Below, in pieces: positions 37,225-50,566 of a stretch of DNA of 64,000 bases. Each line of letters begins with the position of its first letter. Positions within the stretch are counted from its first letter, which is position 1. The stretch is from Paraspadella gotoi (Eukaryota > Animalia > Chaetognatha), in assembly GCA_051294375.1 (NCBI GenBank), contig CM119265.1, positions 26,637,331 to 26,701,330 of the forward strand, in the 5' to 3' direction. Both the position numbers and the translations under genes were made by a program. Under the pieces are notes generated by a model. That model was not told the DNA's origin. It saw only the letters and a list, made by a program, of their open reading frames with translations, and did not search any database.

Positions 37225-37330
37225 GCTTTGTTATTGAATTCTATAAAATTGTATTGAAAAAACGCGCTTTGGGCTTTGGGCTTTGCGAGAAAGGAAAAAG
37301 AAAAAGCGCGAAGAGAAAGAAATGGAGAGA

Positions 37331-37396
<66 letters not shown>

Positions 37397-37504
37397 AGAG
37401 AGAAGAAAGCGGGGCGAAAAAAGAATCAAAAGTGAGCTTAGATGAAACGATTTTTTCGTGGTAATAGTGGTTTTCAACCTCTCTCTCTCTCTCTCTCTTC
37501 TCTC

Positions 37505-37563
<59 letters not shown>

Positions 37564-37615
37564 ATCTCTCGCTCTACTGCCTCTCTCTTCTGCCGCAGCT
37601 CATGAAATAACAACA

Positions 37616-37640
37616 NNNNNNNNNNNNNNNNNNNNNNNNN
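37616..37640. other. Assembly gap (25 N)
   Basis: 25-N gaps also occur at 47635-47659 and 61960-61984. Larger gaps lie at 62333-62590 and 63682-63893. Confidence 0.99.
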
Positions 37641-37934
37641 TAATGATGATGATGATGATGATGATGATGGTGGTAACGACAACGCTGCAGATAGGAACGA
37701 TAAAGATGAAAACGCGAATGAGAGAATGAAGTAAAATCCTCAAGTGAAAAAAAAAATAAGGCAAAAAAAAAAAAAGAGAAGAAAGACAAGAAAGCGATAA
37801 GTAGAGAGAGTTTAGAAGAGAGAGGTTAGAAAAGAATGAGAAGAGACGAGATAATGAAATTAAAATAGCAACAGTCGTAAATCTACGGTTGTCATGAAGA
37901 TAAAGAGAGAAGAGAAGAGAGAAGAGAGAGAGAG

Positions 37935-37982
<48 letters not shown>

Positions 37983-38403
37983 AGAGAGAGGCTTTAAATT
38001 TGTCGCTTCCGTTGTCAGAGTAGTAGGTCTCTCTCTCTCTCTCCCCAAAACGCATAACAAATTTCTCCAAAGTCGTCGTTTAAATCTTTCGCGTTTGCGC
38101 TCTCTATTAACTCTCAACGAGGAACAAAAGGTTAATCGTCGGCCAAACAAAGAGCAATTCGATTAATCGTTGGAGAGAAACAAAAGCGCGACGCGTTGGC
38201 GCCCGCTACCTGCCGCCGCGGCTGCCTGCCGCTGTCTGCCGCTGCCTGTACGCCGCCGCTGACCTCGTATTTCATTTAATGGTTATGGATCCTTTATTTA
38301 ATGTCTTCACTGATGGCATCAGATTTACCGCCACTGGACTCGCCGCCCCGCCGCCCGCCGTCGCCGCCGCCGCCAGCCGCCGCGCCGCCGCGCCGCCGCC
38401 GCG
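37641..38403 (+). repeat. Direct re-copy of parts of ~35200-36330
   Basis: Shared strings include TTTAAATTTGTCGCTTCCGTTGTCAGAGTAGTAGGTC and ATGTCTTCACTGATGGCATCAGATTTAC. Confidence 0.9.
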
Positions 38404-39312
38404 CACTCTGTTCAAGACCCTGTTTAAAGTCTATGACTGACTTTCCTAAAAGTCGAATTTTGCAGGATAGATGTGAACTAGATGGTCTCCGACAGTTATA
38501 TCCAAAATAAAATTGTAAGAATTCTCAACCTATCTTTCTAAACCTAACCTATCTATTACATGTCTTAACCGATAAATTATTTTTTTAACTTGATAGGTTC
38601 CTCTAACAATAATAATTTTTTATTATATATGGCGATAGAAAGCTGCTTTCCTGCCCTATAACCTACACCAAGGTCAGAGACTTGAGAAAGGTTTGGTTTG
38701 GACGATGGTGGTTTTCTATACATTACCCAACTAAAAAATTTCCCTCAAAATTCTAAAAGTGGTTTTTTGAATTCAAAGTGCTCGTTTAATTCAGTTTATC
38801 TGGAGGGATTTTAAATTATTTTATGTTAGGAATTTGTCTTCATTTACCTGTATAAATCGGAAATTAAGCTATTATTATTTTTATAGAGATGTGGATTTCT
38901 CATTGAAGAGCTCTATTGCAGGAATTATTTTTATTTTCTATATAAATTAACTAGAAAAAGTAGAAACTTTCTCATCTTTCAATTACTCGTTTAACCCAGG
39001 TTTAAAATGACCCGGCATATTTGGTACTTCTATCACTAGGAAAATGTCCTTAGATTCATCGTACTTAGCGATTTTTTAGCGATTTTATTTAAATCGGATA
39101 TAAGCATTCCAATCAGGTTGTTAATTCGAAAAAGTATATAAAGAAAGAACGGGGAATCTGAAATCGTCTTATTTTTTTGTTACGAAAAATTTGAAAAAGA
39201 AGGGAAAGAGAAAGAAAAAAAAGTAAAGAGAAAGAGAAAGAGAGAGAGAGAGAAGAGAGAGAGAAAGAGAGAAAGAGAGAACTCGTGCTGATAGAAAGCA
39301 TGAGAGAGCTCG

Positions 39313-39345
<33 letters not shown>

Positions 39346-40374
39346 AGAGATGAGAGATAGAGTGAGTGAGTGAGATAGAAAGAAAGAAAGAAAGAAAGAA
39401 GAGTTATTACTTAGTAGTGGAGAAAGAGAAAGATATTGGAAGAAACCAAATAAATATAAAACGAGTTCGGCTCTGCAGCGGCGTCCAGCGCTGTGCAGCT
39501 TCTCTCTATCTCTCTCTCTCTCTCTCTTTTTTTTTCTCTCTCTCTCTCTCTCTGAAAATTTTTTTCCTTAAAAACTTTTATTATCGCATTTAGTCGCGCT
39601 TTTCTCTCTTGACCTGGATTTCGTGCCGTGCGGGGCAAACGAGTAAACAATGTCGCAGGAACATGATACCGATATAAACGAAAGTGACCTAATAATGGCG
39701 TCTCGTTGCGGGAAAACTTCTCATCTTCTCTCTGTCTCTCTCTCTCTCCCTGTTCTGTCATACGATCTCTTGCGTGATCGTTCGTTTTTTTGGAAAAATT
39801 CTGATTGTTTTTTTCCTTCTAAAAACTTTATTATCCCATTTATCCGGCTTTTTTCTCAATACAAAAATCCCAAAATACAATAACTACTTGACATAGATTC
39901 GTGGCGAGTAAACAATGTCGAGGAACATGACTTAATAACGCGTCTCGATGACAACGGAAACGTTACGAGTATAAAAACAAGTTGAGCAAACAATTTCGGA
40001 TCTGCCAAGATCATTATCGGAATTAATTAAATAATTATTAATTAATAATTAATTTAAGTAATTAATAATTAATTATTTAATAATTAATTTATTCAAGTTA
40101 ATTATTAATTAATTAGGTAATTGTAGCGGTAGTATTCATTTTCCCTTACAACATCATCAGCTAACATTTAATTTATTATTCCTTTTGTTAATATTTAGTT
40201 TTTTCTAAAAATGTTTCACTGCTTGTACATTGCCTAATGTATTGATCCCTGTCTCTCTCTCTCCTCTCTCTCTCGTCTTCTCTCTTTCTTTCACCAATTT
40301 CAAAAATCATTGTCTCTCTTTCCCTTCTTCACCATGTCCTCACATCTGACCACTATCCTTGCTCAATTCTTTTT

Positions 40375-40434
<60 letters not shown>

Positions 40435-40468
40435 CTAATGTTTTAAAAAATTTGGTTTTTATTGAACT

Positions 40469-40518
40469 CACTTGCTGATGAAGACTCGCATACTAAAGAG
40501 TCGAAACATGTACATAAT
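40469..40518 (+). ncRNA. Minimal type I hammerhead ribozyme motif (Penelope-like-element type)
   Basis: CTGATGA core (40475-81), extra A, helix II GACTC/GAGTC with a 10-nt loop, GAAAC, palindromic ACATGT minimal helix III, and a GUA cleavage triplet. AATAAA follows directly. Helix I has only 2 canonical pairs. Confidence 0.65.
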
Positions 40519-40599
40519 AAAAATAAATTGCTAATTACAACGAATTTTTCGTATCATCTCTAGCATAATTTATTCATAATTCAATGATCTGACATTATG

Positions 40600-40688
40600 T
40601 AATGAATGCCGGACCAAGATTGAGATCAGGCGGACCGACGGACAAAGTGAATATAGAGCGGGATCTGCCTGAAAGCAGTTCCGACTAA
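40600..40688 (-). mobile_element. Helentron/DINE-1-like (HINE) element end
   Basis: On the minus strand: T-run, TTAGT, hairpin CGGAACTGC-tttcag-GCAGATCCCG, CTCTATA, then a GTCCGTCGGTCCG microsatellite. This is the usual DINE-like layout. Confidence 0.5.
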
Positions 40689-41169
40689 TAAAAAAAATAA
40701 AAATCGACGTTTTTTGTGTGAAATCAGTAAATAGTTTAAAAGTGTAAATCTGCAAATCTGCAAATGGCTTCTACGTAAGTTTTTGATTGATATTGGTAAA
40801 GAAAAAACCGACAACACCAAGAAAGAAAACGACGGCATAGATGACGACGAAACGACGTCGAAGAACGACGAAAATGACGACGAAGACGACAAAAGATAAT
40901 GAACCTCTACAATAATAAAATATTTACATATTGCAGAGAATCAAAAACCCCTATAAAAATTAATTTGATTTTTTTTTCATTTTTGGTTATAAATGTATTT
41001 TACAAATTCTATGAAAATATTAGTATAATATCTTTTTTAAAAAACAAATATATTCATAAAAATATATTCTATAATCATTCTTCTAAGAAAAATTAAAATT
41101 GCTTTGGTAACATAAACTTCTTGTCTAATAAATTAAACCAATAAAAAATGGTGGTGGTGGGATGGTGCC

Positions 41170-42594
41170 CTCGAGCAAAATGGCAGGGCGAATGAGGAGT
41201 TAGGGAATTTTGCAGGGTGGGGCTTATAATTCGAGCCTCTGATATATATTATTGCAGGGCGAATGAGGAGTTAGGGAATTTTGCAGGTGGTGCTTTAATT
41301 CCGAGCCTCTGTTGTATATAAATAGCGATTGAATTGGCAGGGTACGGCGTAATGATGAGATTAGGGAATTTTGCAGGGTGGTGCTTATAATTCGAGCCTC
41401 TGTGTATATATACTTGATTGGCAGGCGAATGAGGATTAGGGAATTTTGCAGGGTGGTGCTTATAAATTCGAGCCTCTGTGTAATATACTTGATGGCAGGG
41501 CGAATGAGAGTTAGGGAATTTGCAGTGGTGCTTATAAATCGAGCCTGTGTATATATATTGATTGGCAGGCGAATGAGAGTTAGGAATTTGCAGGGTGGTG
41601 CTTATAATTCGAGCCTCTGTGTATATATACTGTTGGCAGGGCGAATGAGGAGTTAGGGAATTTGCAGGGGGTGTTATAATTCGAGCCTCTGTGTATATAT
41701 ACTTGATTGGCAGGGCGAATGATGGAGTTAGGGAATTTTGCAGGGTGTGCTTATAAATTCGAGCCTCTGTGTATATATACTATGATTGGCAGGGCGAATG
41801 AGGAGTTAGGGAATTTTGCAGGTGGTGCTTATAATTCGAGCCTCTGTGTATATATACTTGATTGGCAGGGCGAATGAGGATTAGGGAATTTGCAGGGTGT
41901 GCTATAATTCGAGCCTCTGTGTATATATATTGATTGGCAGGGCGTAATTTTGAGAGTAAAGAGCATTTGGCAGGGGTTGGGTGGCTGTTATAATCGAGCT
42001 CTGTGTATATATACTTGATTGGCAGGGCGAATGAGGAGTTAGGGAATTTTGCAGGCGGTGCTTATAATTCGAGCCTCTGTGTATATATACTTGATTGGAG
42101 GGCGAATGAGGAGTTAGGGAATTTGCGGGTGTGCTTATAATTCGAGCCTCTGTGTATATATACTTGATTGGAGGGCAATGAGGAGTTAGCCGGAATTTGC
42201 AGGGTGGTGCTTATAATTCAGGCCTCTGTTATATATACCTTGATTGGCAGGGCGAATGATATTAGGGAATTTGCAGGGTGGTGCTTATAATTCGAGCCTC
42301 TGTGTTATATATACTTGATTGGCAGGGCGAATGAGGAGTAGGAATTTTGCAGGTGGTGCTTATAATTCGAGCCTCTGTGTATATATACTTGATGGCAGGG
42401 CGAATGAGGAGTTAGGGAATTTTGGGGTGTGCCTATAATTCGAGCCTCTGTTATATAACTTGATTGGCAGGGCGAATGAGGATTAGGGAATTTGCAGGTG
42501 TGCTATAATCGAGCCTCTGTGTATATATACTTGATGGCAGGGCGAATGAGAGTTAGGGAATTTTTGCAGGGTGGTGCTTATAACGAGCTCTGTG
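41170..42594 (+). repeat. Tandem array of a ~77-bp unit, about 18-19 copies
   Basis: Consensus GATTGGCAGGGCGAATGAGGAGTTAGGGAATTTTGCAGGGTGGTGCTTATAATTCGAGCCTCTGTGTATATATACTT. Copies differ mainly by 1-nt indels and there are no spacers. Confidence 0.95.
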
Positions 42595-43987
42595 CGCCCG
42601 CTTCAACCGCTCGTATTCATACCTCATATCATAGCGTTAAATCTTGCCGCCCCGCCGCGCGCCGCCGCCGCTCGCCGCCGCCGCCGCCGTCCGCTCAGCC
42701 GCCGCCGACCGCCGCTTTCTAACCGCTCTGTTTCATACCTTCATTCATAGCGTTATCTGCCGCCGCCGCCGTCGACCGCCGGGCTCGTGATTTCATCTCC
42801 TTTTCTCTACAACCCCAAATCGTTCCCCATTAATCTTCGCCCTGTTTACTTCTGTCCCACGGAAAGAAATTTAAAGCCACTCACGATCCGTCTTTTCTCG
42901 CTTTCTCGAACAATAAGGACAACGATTTTTAAAACTTATATGGCGCGAAAGAACAATGATAAGAAAAGTACCCAGATGTGCGCTGCGCGGTACATTTTGT
43001 AAATCGACTCTCGGTGTTCTTTCCAGTTTTTGGCGAATCTTAATAGCTCGTCTGTTATTGATAAAAAGAGATACTACAATGACTGCTTTTATCTTCTGAA
43101 AACACATAATAAAGTTATTTTTTAAAATAAAAAAATGGCTAAAATAAAAAATCTATATATTAAAAACTCAATGCTCAGATAAAATCATTAACATAAAAGA
43201 CGGGAAAGTAAAGTCCGCTAAAGCTAAACATAATATTTATTAATGGAAGATAAAATAGAAAAAGGATAAGAAATAAAAGAAAGAAGATGAAAAGAAAGAG
43301 AAATAAAAAGCGATGAGAATCAAGAAGACCATTAAAATTGGAGTTCGTATGTGAAACAGAGAGCGAAGAAAGATGAAGCCAGAACGCTAGGGACGGACAA
43401 AGGAAGTTTATTGGGTTAACGAAAAAGGAAAGAAAACAATGACCGGTAATTAGGCTGTGTAAGGGAGGTGTAAATGGTCTTGGCTTCTTGAAGGCGGAGA
43501 TGACGAGGACAGGTGAGGCGTTGGATGTGATAACAATGCGCGGAACTTGACAAAATAGGGTAGTGAATTTATTGTCACTAAGAGGACGTTTGGAAAAGGA
43601 CAGCAGAGCATGGAGCGGAGAGAGAGATAGAGAGAGACGAGAGAAGAGAGGAGAGAGAGATGAGAGGAGAGACGAGAGATGAGTAGGTTTTTGTATTGAA
43701 TTCATATAGAAATTGGTGTATTTTGAAAAAACGCGCTTTGCGGCTTTGGCGCTTTGCGAAAAAAAAAGAGAAAAACCTAGCCACGAAAAAGAAAGGCGAA
43801 ATGATGATGAGAGAGAAGAAGACGATGACGAGGAGATGAAGAGAGAGAAGAGAGAGAGAGACGAGGAGAGAGAGATGAGAGTGAGAGTAGGAGAGAAAGC
43901 GGGTGCGAAAAAATCAAAAGTTGTAGCTTTAGATGAAACGATTTTTCTGGTTAATATGGTTTACCAACCTACTCTCCTCTCTTCTTG

Positions 43988-44026
<39 letters not shown>

Positions 44027-44100
44027 TCTCTCTCTCTCTCTCTCTCTCTCACCTCTCGTCCCTCTCTCTCTCTCTCCGCCCAGTCATGAAGATAACAACA
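42595..44100 (+). repeat. Noisy direct re-copy of ~36340-37615
   Basis: Shared strings include AATTTAAAGCCACTCACGA and GGTGAGGCGTTGGATGTGATAACAATG. Differences are mostly indels. Confidence 0.9.
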
Positions 44101-44648
44101 AAAACCCATTGCTTTTCGGCTTTTCGACCTTTTGACTCCATCACTTTTTGACTCAATGAATCGGGTCACGCCAAAGGTAATTAAATCCATTAGTAAAATG
44201 TTTACCATTTTTAGCTTTCGGGTTTTTTCCCACTCGGTGAGGCTGTGCTGTACTGACTGAATAAGGAACATGGTGGGGGGAGAAGATGCGCAGTAAGGGA
44301 TTAATGAAGGGTTTTTAATGGAATCGGGTTTTGTGCGCAGTTGTGCTCTCCCGTCGTGTGTTTGTAGGCGTGAGGCGGGCCCGTAAAGAGTTGAAGTTAA
44401 TTGAATGGATGAGAAATAAAAGCTTCGAATTTTAAATAGACTTTCTAATACTAAATGTTATTTTAAGTATAACTTAAATAATGAAAAATTCATCGTCTTA
44501 AAGTCCACACATTAGGTATCCGAAAGAAATGGGAAAAATTCAAAAAGGAAAAAAAAGAAAAAAAAGAAAAGAAAAGAATATTTTTCTGTTTTCCGGCAGG
44601 ATTTTTTAGCCGATCGGCGTATTTTTTTTCACCTTAATTTTTCATCCT
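44090..44648 (-). repeat. Inverted copy of ~22690-23232
   Basis: For example, TGACTCAATGAATCGGGTCACGCCAAAG is the reverse complement of 23152-23180. Confidence 0.9.
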
Positions 44649-44689
44649 GGAATTCCTCTCTCTTTTTTCATCATTATCATCATCATCAT

Positions 44690-45149
44690 CGTTCTTTTAT
44701 GTCACGGTTATTGCCGTCAATTCTTGAGCGTCTTGTCATAATCTACGTGGAGATTAATTGCATTAAGTTTTTGTTATCTTTATTACCTTGATCCTTGATA
44801 TATACTTACTAGTATATAACATAAAAAGTATTAAAAACAATTTAAAAATAACAAAAAAATTCGTAAAAGAAAGAAAAAAATAATAATTTCCAAAAAAGAA
44901 AATCGTTGAGAGATGAGAGTCACAAACCAATCCGCTCCATACACGTTGGCCATTTTGACCACGTGACCTTTGATCCAACGTGACCCGTCATCCCACGTGA
45001 CCTTTCCGATCACGTGACCGTTTACATCGCGATCATCGTTTCGCTCTTGATTTACGAGGAGACATAAATTGTTTCGCCAAATCTTCACGAATAGAGAATC
45101 CAAAGTAAAGCGAGTTGAAATATTTCTTTGTCTCGGTCGTGATTATCGG

Positions 45150-45183
<34 letters not shown>

Positions 45184-45457
45184 GACCATCACATTCTTAA
45201 ACTTCTTGTATATTGAAACCGTATTTTTCATGCTTTCAATAAATAGTTGTTTGCAAAATAATGAAAAGTTTTTTTTCGATTTTCTGACCTGTATATTATA
45301 CAGGTCAGAAAATCTAAAAAAGCAGTGTACAAACCTGTATACTTTAATTTTGTTAGTTCACTTCTAATACATCTCTATAAATATTATTTATTCTTAAATG
45401 AGTTTCATAAACAAATGACGATTGACTCAAAAACCCAAAACGAATCCAATTTTCGAA

Positions 45458-45488
<31 letters not shown>

Positions 45489-48062
45489 TTCCAGATTCCC
45501 TCTTGCATCTAGCATATAGTAAACGATCACAAAGTATGTAAAAACAATGTTTAAAGAAATACAACCAAAAAATACATCCGTTAAAGAAAGCAAAACACAA
45601 TAAACTAATTCCAAAAACAACGAACAATCCGTAGTGAGAGTAACTGAGCAGTACACCAAACTAAATAACGATCCGCTCCACTACACGCTTTCGGCCATTC
45701 TTGACACGTTGACTTTAGAATCCAACACTGTGACCCGTACATCCCACGAGCTGGCACCTTTACCGAGCATCCAACGTGACCGATTACAATCGCGCATCAC
45801 ATCGTCTTCGACGCGCCTCTTATTTAACGCAGGCAAGACCATAAACTTGTCTTCGCGCAACCATCTTCTACCGATATAGCGAAAGTCCAAAGCTACAAGC
45901 GACGTTGAACCATATCTTCTTACTCAATCTGTCATCGGGCTCGTGACTTAATCGGCAGTCCATCACACTTCACCACTCATCGACCTCAATCATCATCACG
46001 TCATATCACATCATCATTCATCATCATCATCAGTCTCTCACATCCTCATACACAGTATCTCTAAAACTTCTTGTATATTGAAACCCGTATTTTTCATGCT
46101 TTCCAATAACAAGCATAGTGTGTTTGCCAAAATAATGAAACAGTTCTTTTTGTCGATCTTGTCTACCCTGTATTATTATACAGCGTACAGACAATACTAA
46201 AAAAGCAGCTTACAAACCTGTATACTTTAATTTGTTAGAGTTCTACTTCTAATACATCTGTCTATAAATATTATGTTATTTCATAAATGCAGGTTCATAA
46301 ACAAATGACGATTGACCTCAACAACCCAAAAACGAATCCAATATTGTCGAATCGGTCGTCGTCGTCGTCGTCGTCGTTCCCGTGTCGTTTGTCCCAGATT
46401 CCCTGACGTTTGATAGTCGCAATTATTTCATATGTTGTCAATGCTTGATAACTTGTTGTTGTTGTTGTTTTCTCCCATCCCCCTCCGAAAAAACCACACA
46501 CACAAAAAATTCACCCGGACATTCCAACTCGAGTGAGAGAGGAACAACCACCTTAACCAACCCTAACTTCAACCCCCATCCCACCCTACCGACCCCCCTC
46601 CTCCCCTTTGGTCGAATCGTTGCCTTTTATCGTTGGCGCCATTTCATTCTCTGTTGAACTCGAAACCTTTGGATGAGGTTGCTTAATTGTTGCTGCTGTG
46701 TCGTTTGAGATTGCGCGCCGCCCGGTCGCGCTGTCAACAATAAGTTCAGTACATTAACATGGTCGCGAACCCCTCTCTCTTCTCTCTCTCTCTCTGCTCT
46801 CCTACTGTCTTCTCTCTCTCTCTCTACTCTCTCTCTCTCTCATCTCTCTCTCTCTCGTCCTCTTTATTAATCATTATCGTAATCATTGTTAAAGCTTGGT
46901 TCGCTCAAGCTTAGTTCTTTCTTAAATTAAATGCTATATATACAAATAATGGTTAATGAGCTCATTACACATACATTTTGATTTCTTTTTGTCGTAAGAT
47001 CGATTGCCCACTTTATTACCCTCACTGTGACAAGCAAGCGGCGAGTCTCCGATCTTTTTCCATATGTTCAGCTGATAATACTCTGTAAACATAAATCTAT
47101 TAATAATATTTAAGCGTTGAGAATTGTTTTGGCTAATCTATAACCCAGGCTTCTTAATTTGTCTGAGTTTACCCATATAACACGTCTTTAAAACAACAAA
47201 GCCCGATATTCATTTCCGCTCTCTTCCTCTCTTCTCAATCTCTCTCTCTCTCATCTTCTCTCCTATCTTCTCCTCTCATCTTCCTCTCTCTCTCTCACCT
47301 CTCTCGTCCTTCTACAATCTCCTTTTTGCCTAACCCCGAGTTGCCAGTTAACCTTTTCCAGCCGTTTCAACGGCCTTTTTATATCCCCGCGCCTCAATAT
47401 AGAAACTTTACCCTGTGCTATCTGCCCTTCCAGAAAATTCCATTGCTGCATCAGTCGTGACCGTATTTTATCCTTTTTATTTGAACTGTTTATTACGTTT
47501 TTTTTTCCGGGCAAATCATCTTCGTGGCAAACGAGACGAGAAGAGACGAAGGAAGAAGAGCATGTATATGAGATGAGAGAAGACGACGTCGAAGAGAGCA
47601 GACGAGGAGACGCAGAGATGAGAGCACGAGAGAGNNNNNNNNNNNNNNNNNNNNNNNNNGACGTTTTGAAGTCGCAATTATTTCCATTGTTTGTCATGTT
47701 GTTGTTGTTGTTGTTTTCCCCATCACCCTCCGAAAAACACCAGCGACACACAATAACAATTCACCCGGCTTCCAAACTCGAAGTGGATGAGAACAACCAC
47801 CTTAACCAACCCTAACTTCAACCCCCATCCCACCCTACCCCGACCCCCCTCCTCCCCTTTGGGTCGAATCCGTTGCCTTCATTTCGTTGGCGCCTTCATT
47901 CTCTGTTCGAACTCGAACCTTTGGATGAGCTTGTATTTGTGCTGTCATCGTTTCAGTAGATTGCGCCGCCCAGTCCGAGTCGCGCTGTCAACATCATTCA
48001 AGTAATTCACATGATCCGGAACGCCTCTCTCTCTGCTCATCTCTCTCTTGCTTCCTCCCTGT

Positions 48063-48101
<39 letters not shown>

Positions 48102-48879
48102 CTCTCTACGTCTCTCTCTTATTAATCATTATCGTAATCATTCTTAAAGCTATTGGTTCGCTCAAGCTTAGTCCTTTCTTAAATAAATGCTACTAATACA
48201 AATAAGGTTAATGAGCTAGTGTACCATACATTTATGATTTCTTCTTATGTCGTAGACTAAGATCGATTCGCGCCACTTTATATACCCTCACTGTGACACA
48301 AGCGGCGATGTTCCAATCTTTCCATATTTCGTTAATCTCTTTCTCTTATTAGAGAGAGAGAGTTAAAGTCGGCACTTACCTGACGATTTCTCTTCTCCTC
48401 CTTATTGTTTGTTGGCCCAGCGGATGAGGCGAAATGATATTGCTTACCCCCGACTTACCTCTCTTTTTTTTCGAGCTTACCTCCGGAAAGTTTCTCTCTC
48501 TCTCTCTCTATCTCGCTCTCTCTCGCTCTCTCTCTCTCGCTCTCCGCCCGTCCGAGCTGTCAAGAGTCATGAAATATTAGCTGCTTTGACGATGGCAGGA
48601 AAAAATTTTTGAAAGGGAAGGTTAGCGGGTCTGAGAAGGCAAGGTAAAGGGGGAAAGGGACATGGTAGAGGAGTGACATGGCAAAGAGGGAGGACATGGT
48701 AAAAGTGAAAGATTAAAACTTTTTTAAACTTCATTATCATCATAATCGTTATTATTGAAGCAGAGTAACTTGAGATTACGTTCTTCAATCTCATTTACAT
48801 ATTGCAGCTGTTTATACCATTTCTCATATCTTTTGATACGGTTTTCATAAATGTCTTATTTTACTATTTTAGCGTCAAT

Positions 48880-48924
<45 letters not shown>

Positions 48925-50528
48925 GTCATCCCCCCTTTGCCTCAACTGTAATCAGTCTCCGCTTTTAAGATCGATGATCTCCGTTTCTCCTCCGTTTTTC
49001 AGCCTTCTCCTCTTCCTCCTCCTTCCTCCCTTTCCTCCACTTTCCTTCTCTTTCCTCCTTTTTCCCATTCTTCTCTTTTCCCCTTTCCCCCTCCGCTTTC
49101 ACCTCCTCCTTATTCCTTCCTTCCTATTTTCCTCCGCCCTCCCCCTCTTTCTCACTCCTCTCTTTCCTCCACTTTTCCTTTCCTCCTTCCTTCCCTTTCC
49201 TCTCCTCCTCTACCCCCCTACTCTTCTCTCTCCTTTCCTCTACTTTCCTCCTCTTTTCCTCCTGCTTTCTCCACTTTTCTCCTCTTCTTCCTCATCCTTT
49301 CCCCCAATATCCTCCTTCTCCTCCTTTTCCTCTCTCCTACTCCCGTTCCTTTCTCCACTTTCTCTCTCTCTTTCCTTTACTTCACTTCCTCTTCTCTCCT
49401 CCTCCTTTCTCCACTTTTCCTCTCTTCTCCTCCTTTTCTAGACTTTCCTCCTCCTCTTCCCTCTCCTTCCTCCTCTTCCTTCTCTTTTCCTCCACTTTCC
49501 TTCTCTTCCTCTCCTTTCCTCCAATTTCCTCCTCCACTTTAACCTACTCCTTTCCTCCACTTTCTCTCCTCTTACTTCTCCTTTCCTCACTTTCTCCTCC
49601 TTTTCCTCATTTCTCCACGTTTCCTCCTCCTCTCCTCCTCATTTCCTCCACTTTCCTCCTCCTTTCCTCCCTTTCCTCCTCCTCTTCTCCTACTTTCTTC
49701 CACTTCCTCCTCCCTTCCTCCTCCATCTCTCTTTCCTCCACTTTCCCACTTACGCTCTCACTTTCGTGCCGTCGCCCTTCCCCCCAAAACTCGCCGCCGG
49801 CTTTTCTCCTCCCTGGCTAAGACCGTTATGTTCGGCGCGGTTTTCGACAAACAGCCTCCAGGGGGGAGTTGGACTAGGCGTATAAAGTTACATACGAAAA
49901 TTCTAAAGTCATTATAAAACAACATATCCATCAGCATGGAACATTTAATTGTAAAAAAAATTAATATTTTTTTTTTAATTTCGCATCGTAGGCTATATTA
50001 TATATAGTAATATCTTATAAAATCGAAAATTTCAAAATAGCTTTCTTAATTTATTGCAGATTTGAATTCCTCGTCAAAAAGTTGGATAAGAAAATATACA
50101 TTTTAAAAATCTTTCATTAAATTGTTGAAATTAAAAAAACTATATTAATATATAAAAAAGTTAATTTTCAGCTAAAATAGTGTTTTTTTTTATTTTGACC
50201 ACAATGAAGAATCTTTCAAAAGAGTTAATTTCTTTTTATCAACTTTTATGACGAATCCAATCTGCAAAAAAATCTTTAAAAAAACTGTTTTGAAATTTAA
50301 ACATTATTGGTTTAGTACTAGATAAATATACCTACTCGTAAATTGTAAAATTTATTATAAATTTTTTTATTACATAAATGTTCATTATATAATATTGTTC
50401 GTTCCTTACTTTTAGAATTTTAATTAAAGTAAATTTAGAAATTTTACTACGCCTTATGGGACAGGGGGTTAGGCAAGAGGAGGAGAAGAGAGAGAGACGA
50501 GAGAGAAGAGAGAGAAGAGAGAGAGAGA

Positions 50529-50566
<38 letters not shown>

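Larger units (their letters stand above)
38404..42594. mobile_element. ~4.2-kb insertion present in only one of three copies of the locus
   Basis: Its flanks (37640-38403 and 42595-44100) are contiguous in the copies at ~36300-36350 and ~56300-56395. The ends are CAC...GTG with CG on both sides. Confidence 0.55.

Noticed and set aside
38990-39020. piggyBac-like end (TTAACCC...AAAATGACCCG)
   Set aside because: No matching opposite terminus was found in the window.
41170-42594. CRISPR array
   Set aside because: Units are contiguous with no unique spacers, there are no cas genes, and the context is eukaryotic.
41170-42594. HDV-like ribozyme suggested by GGCGAATG in each unit
   Set aside because: I could not build P1 with a 5' G, the L3 UCC/UUC loop or P1.1. 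Only the J4/2-like string matches.
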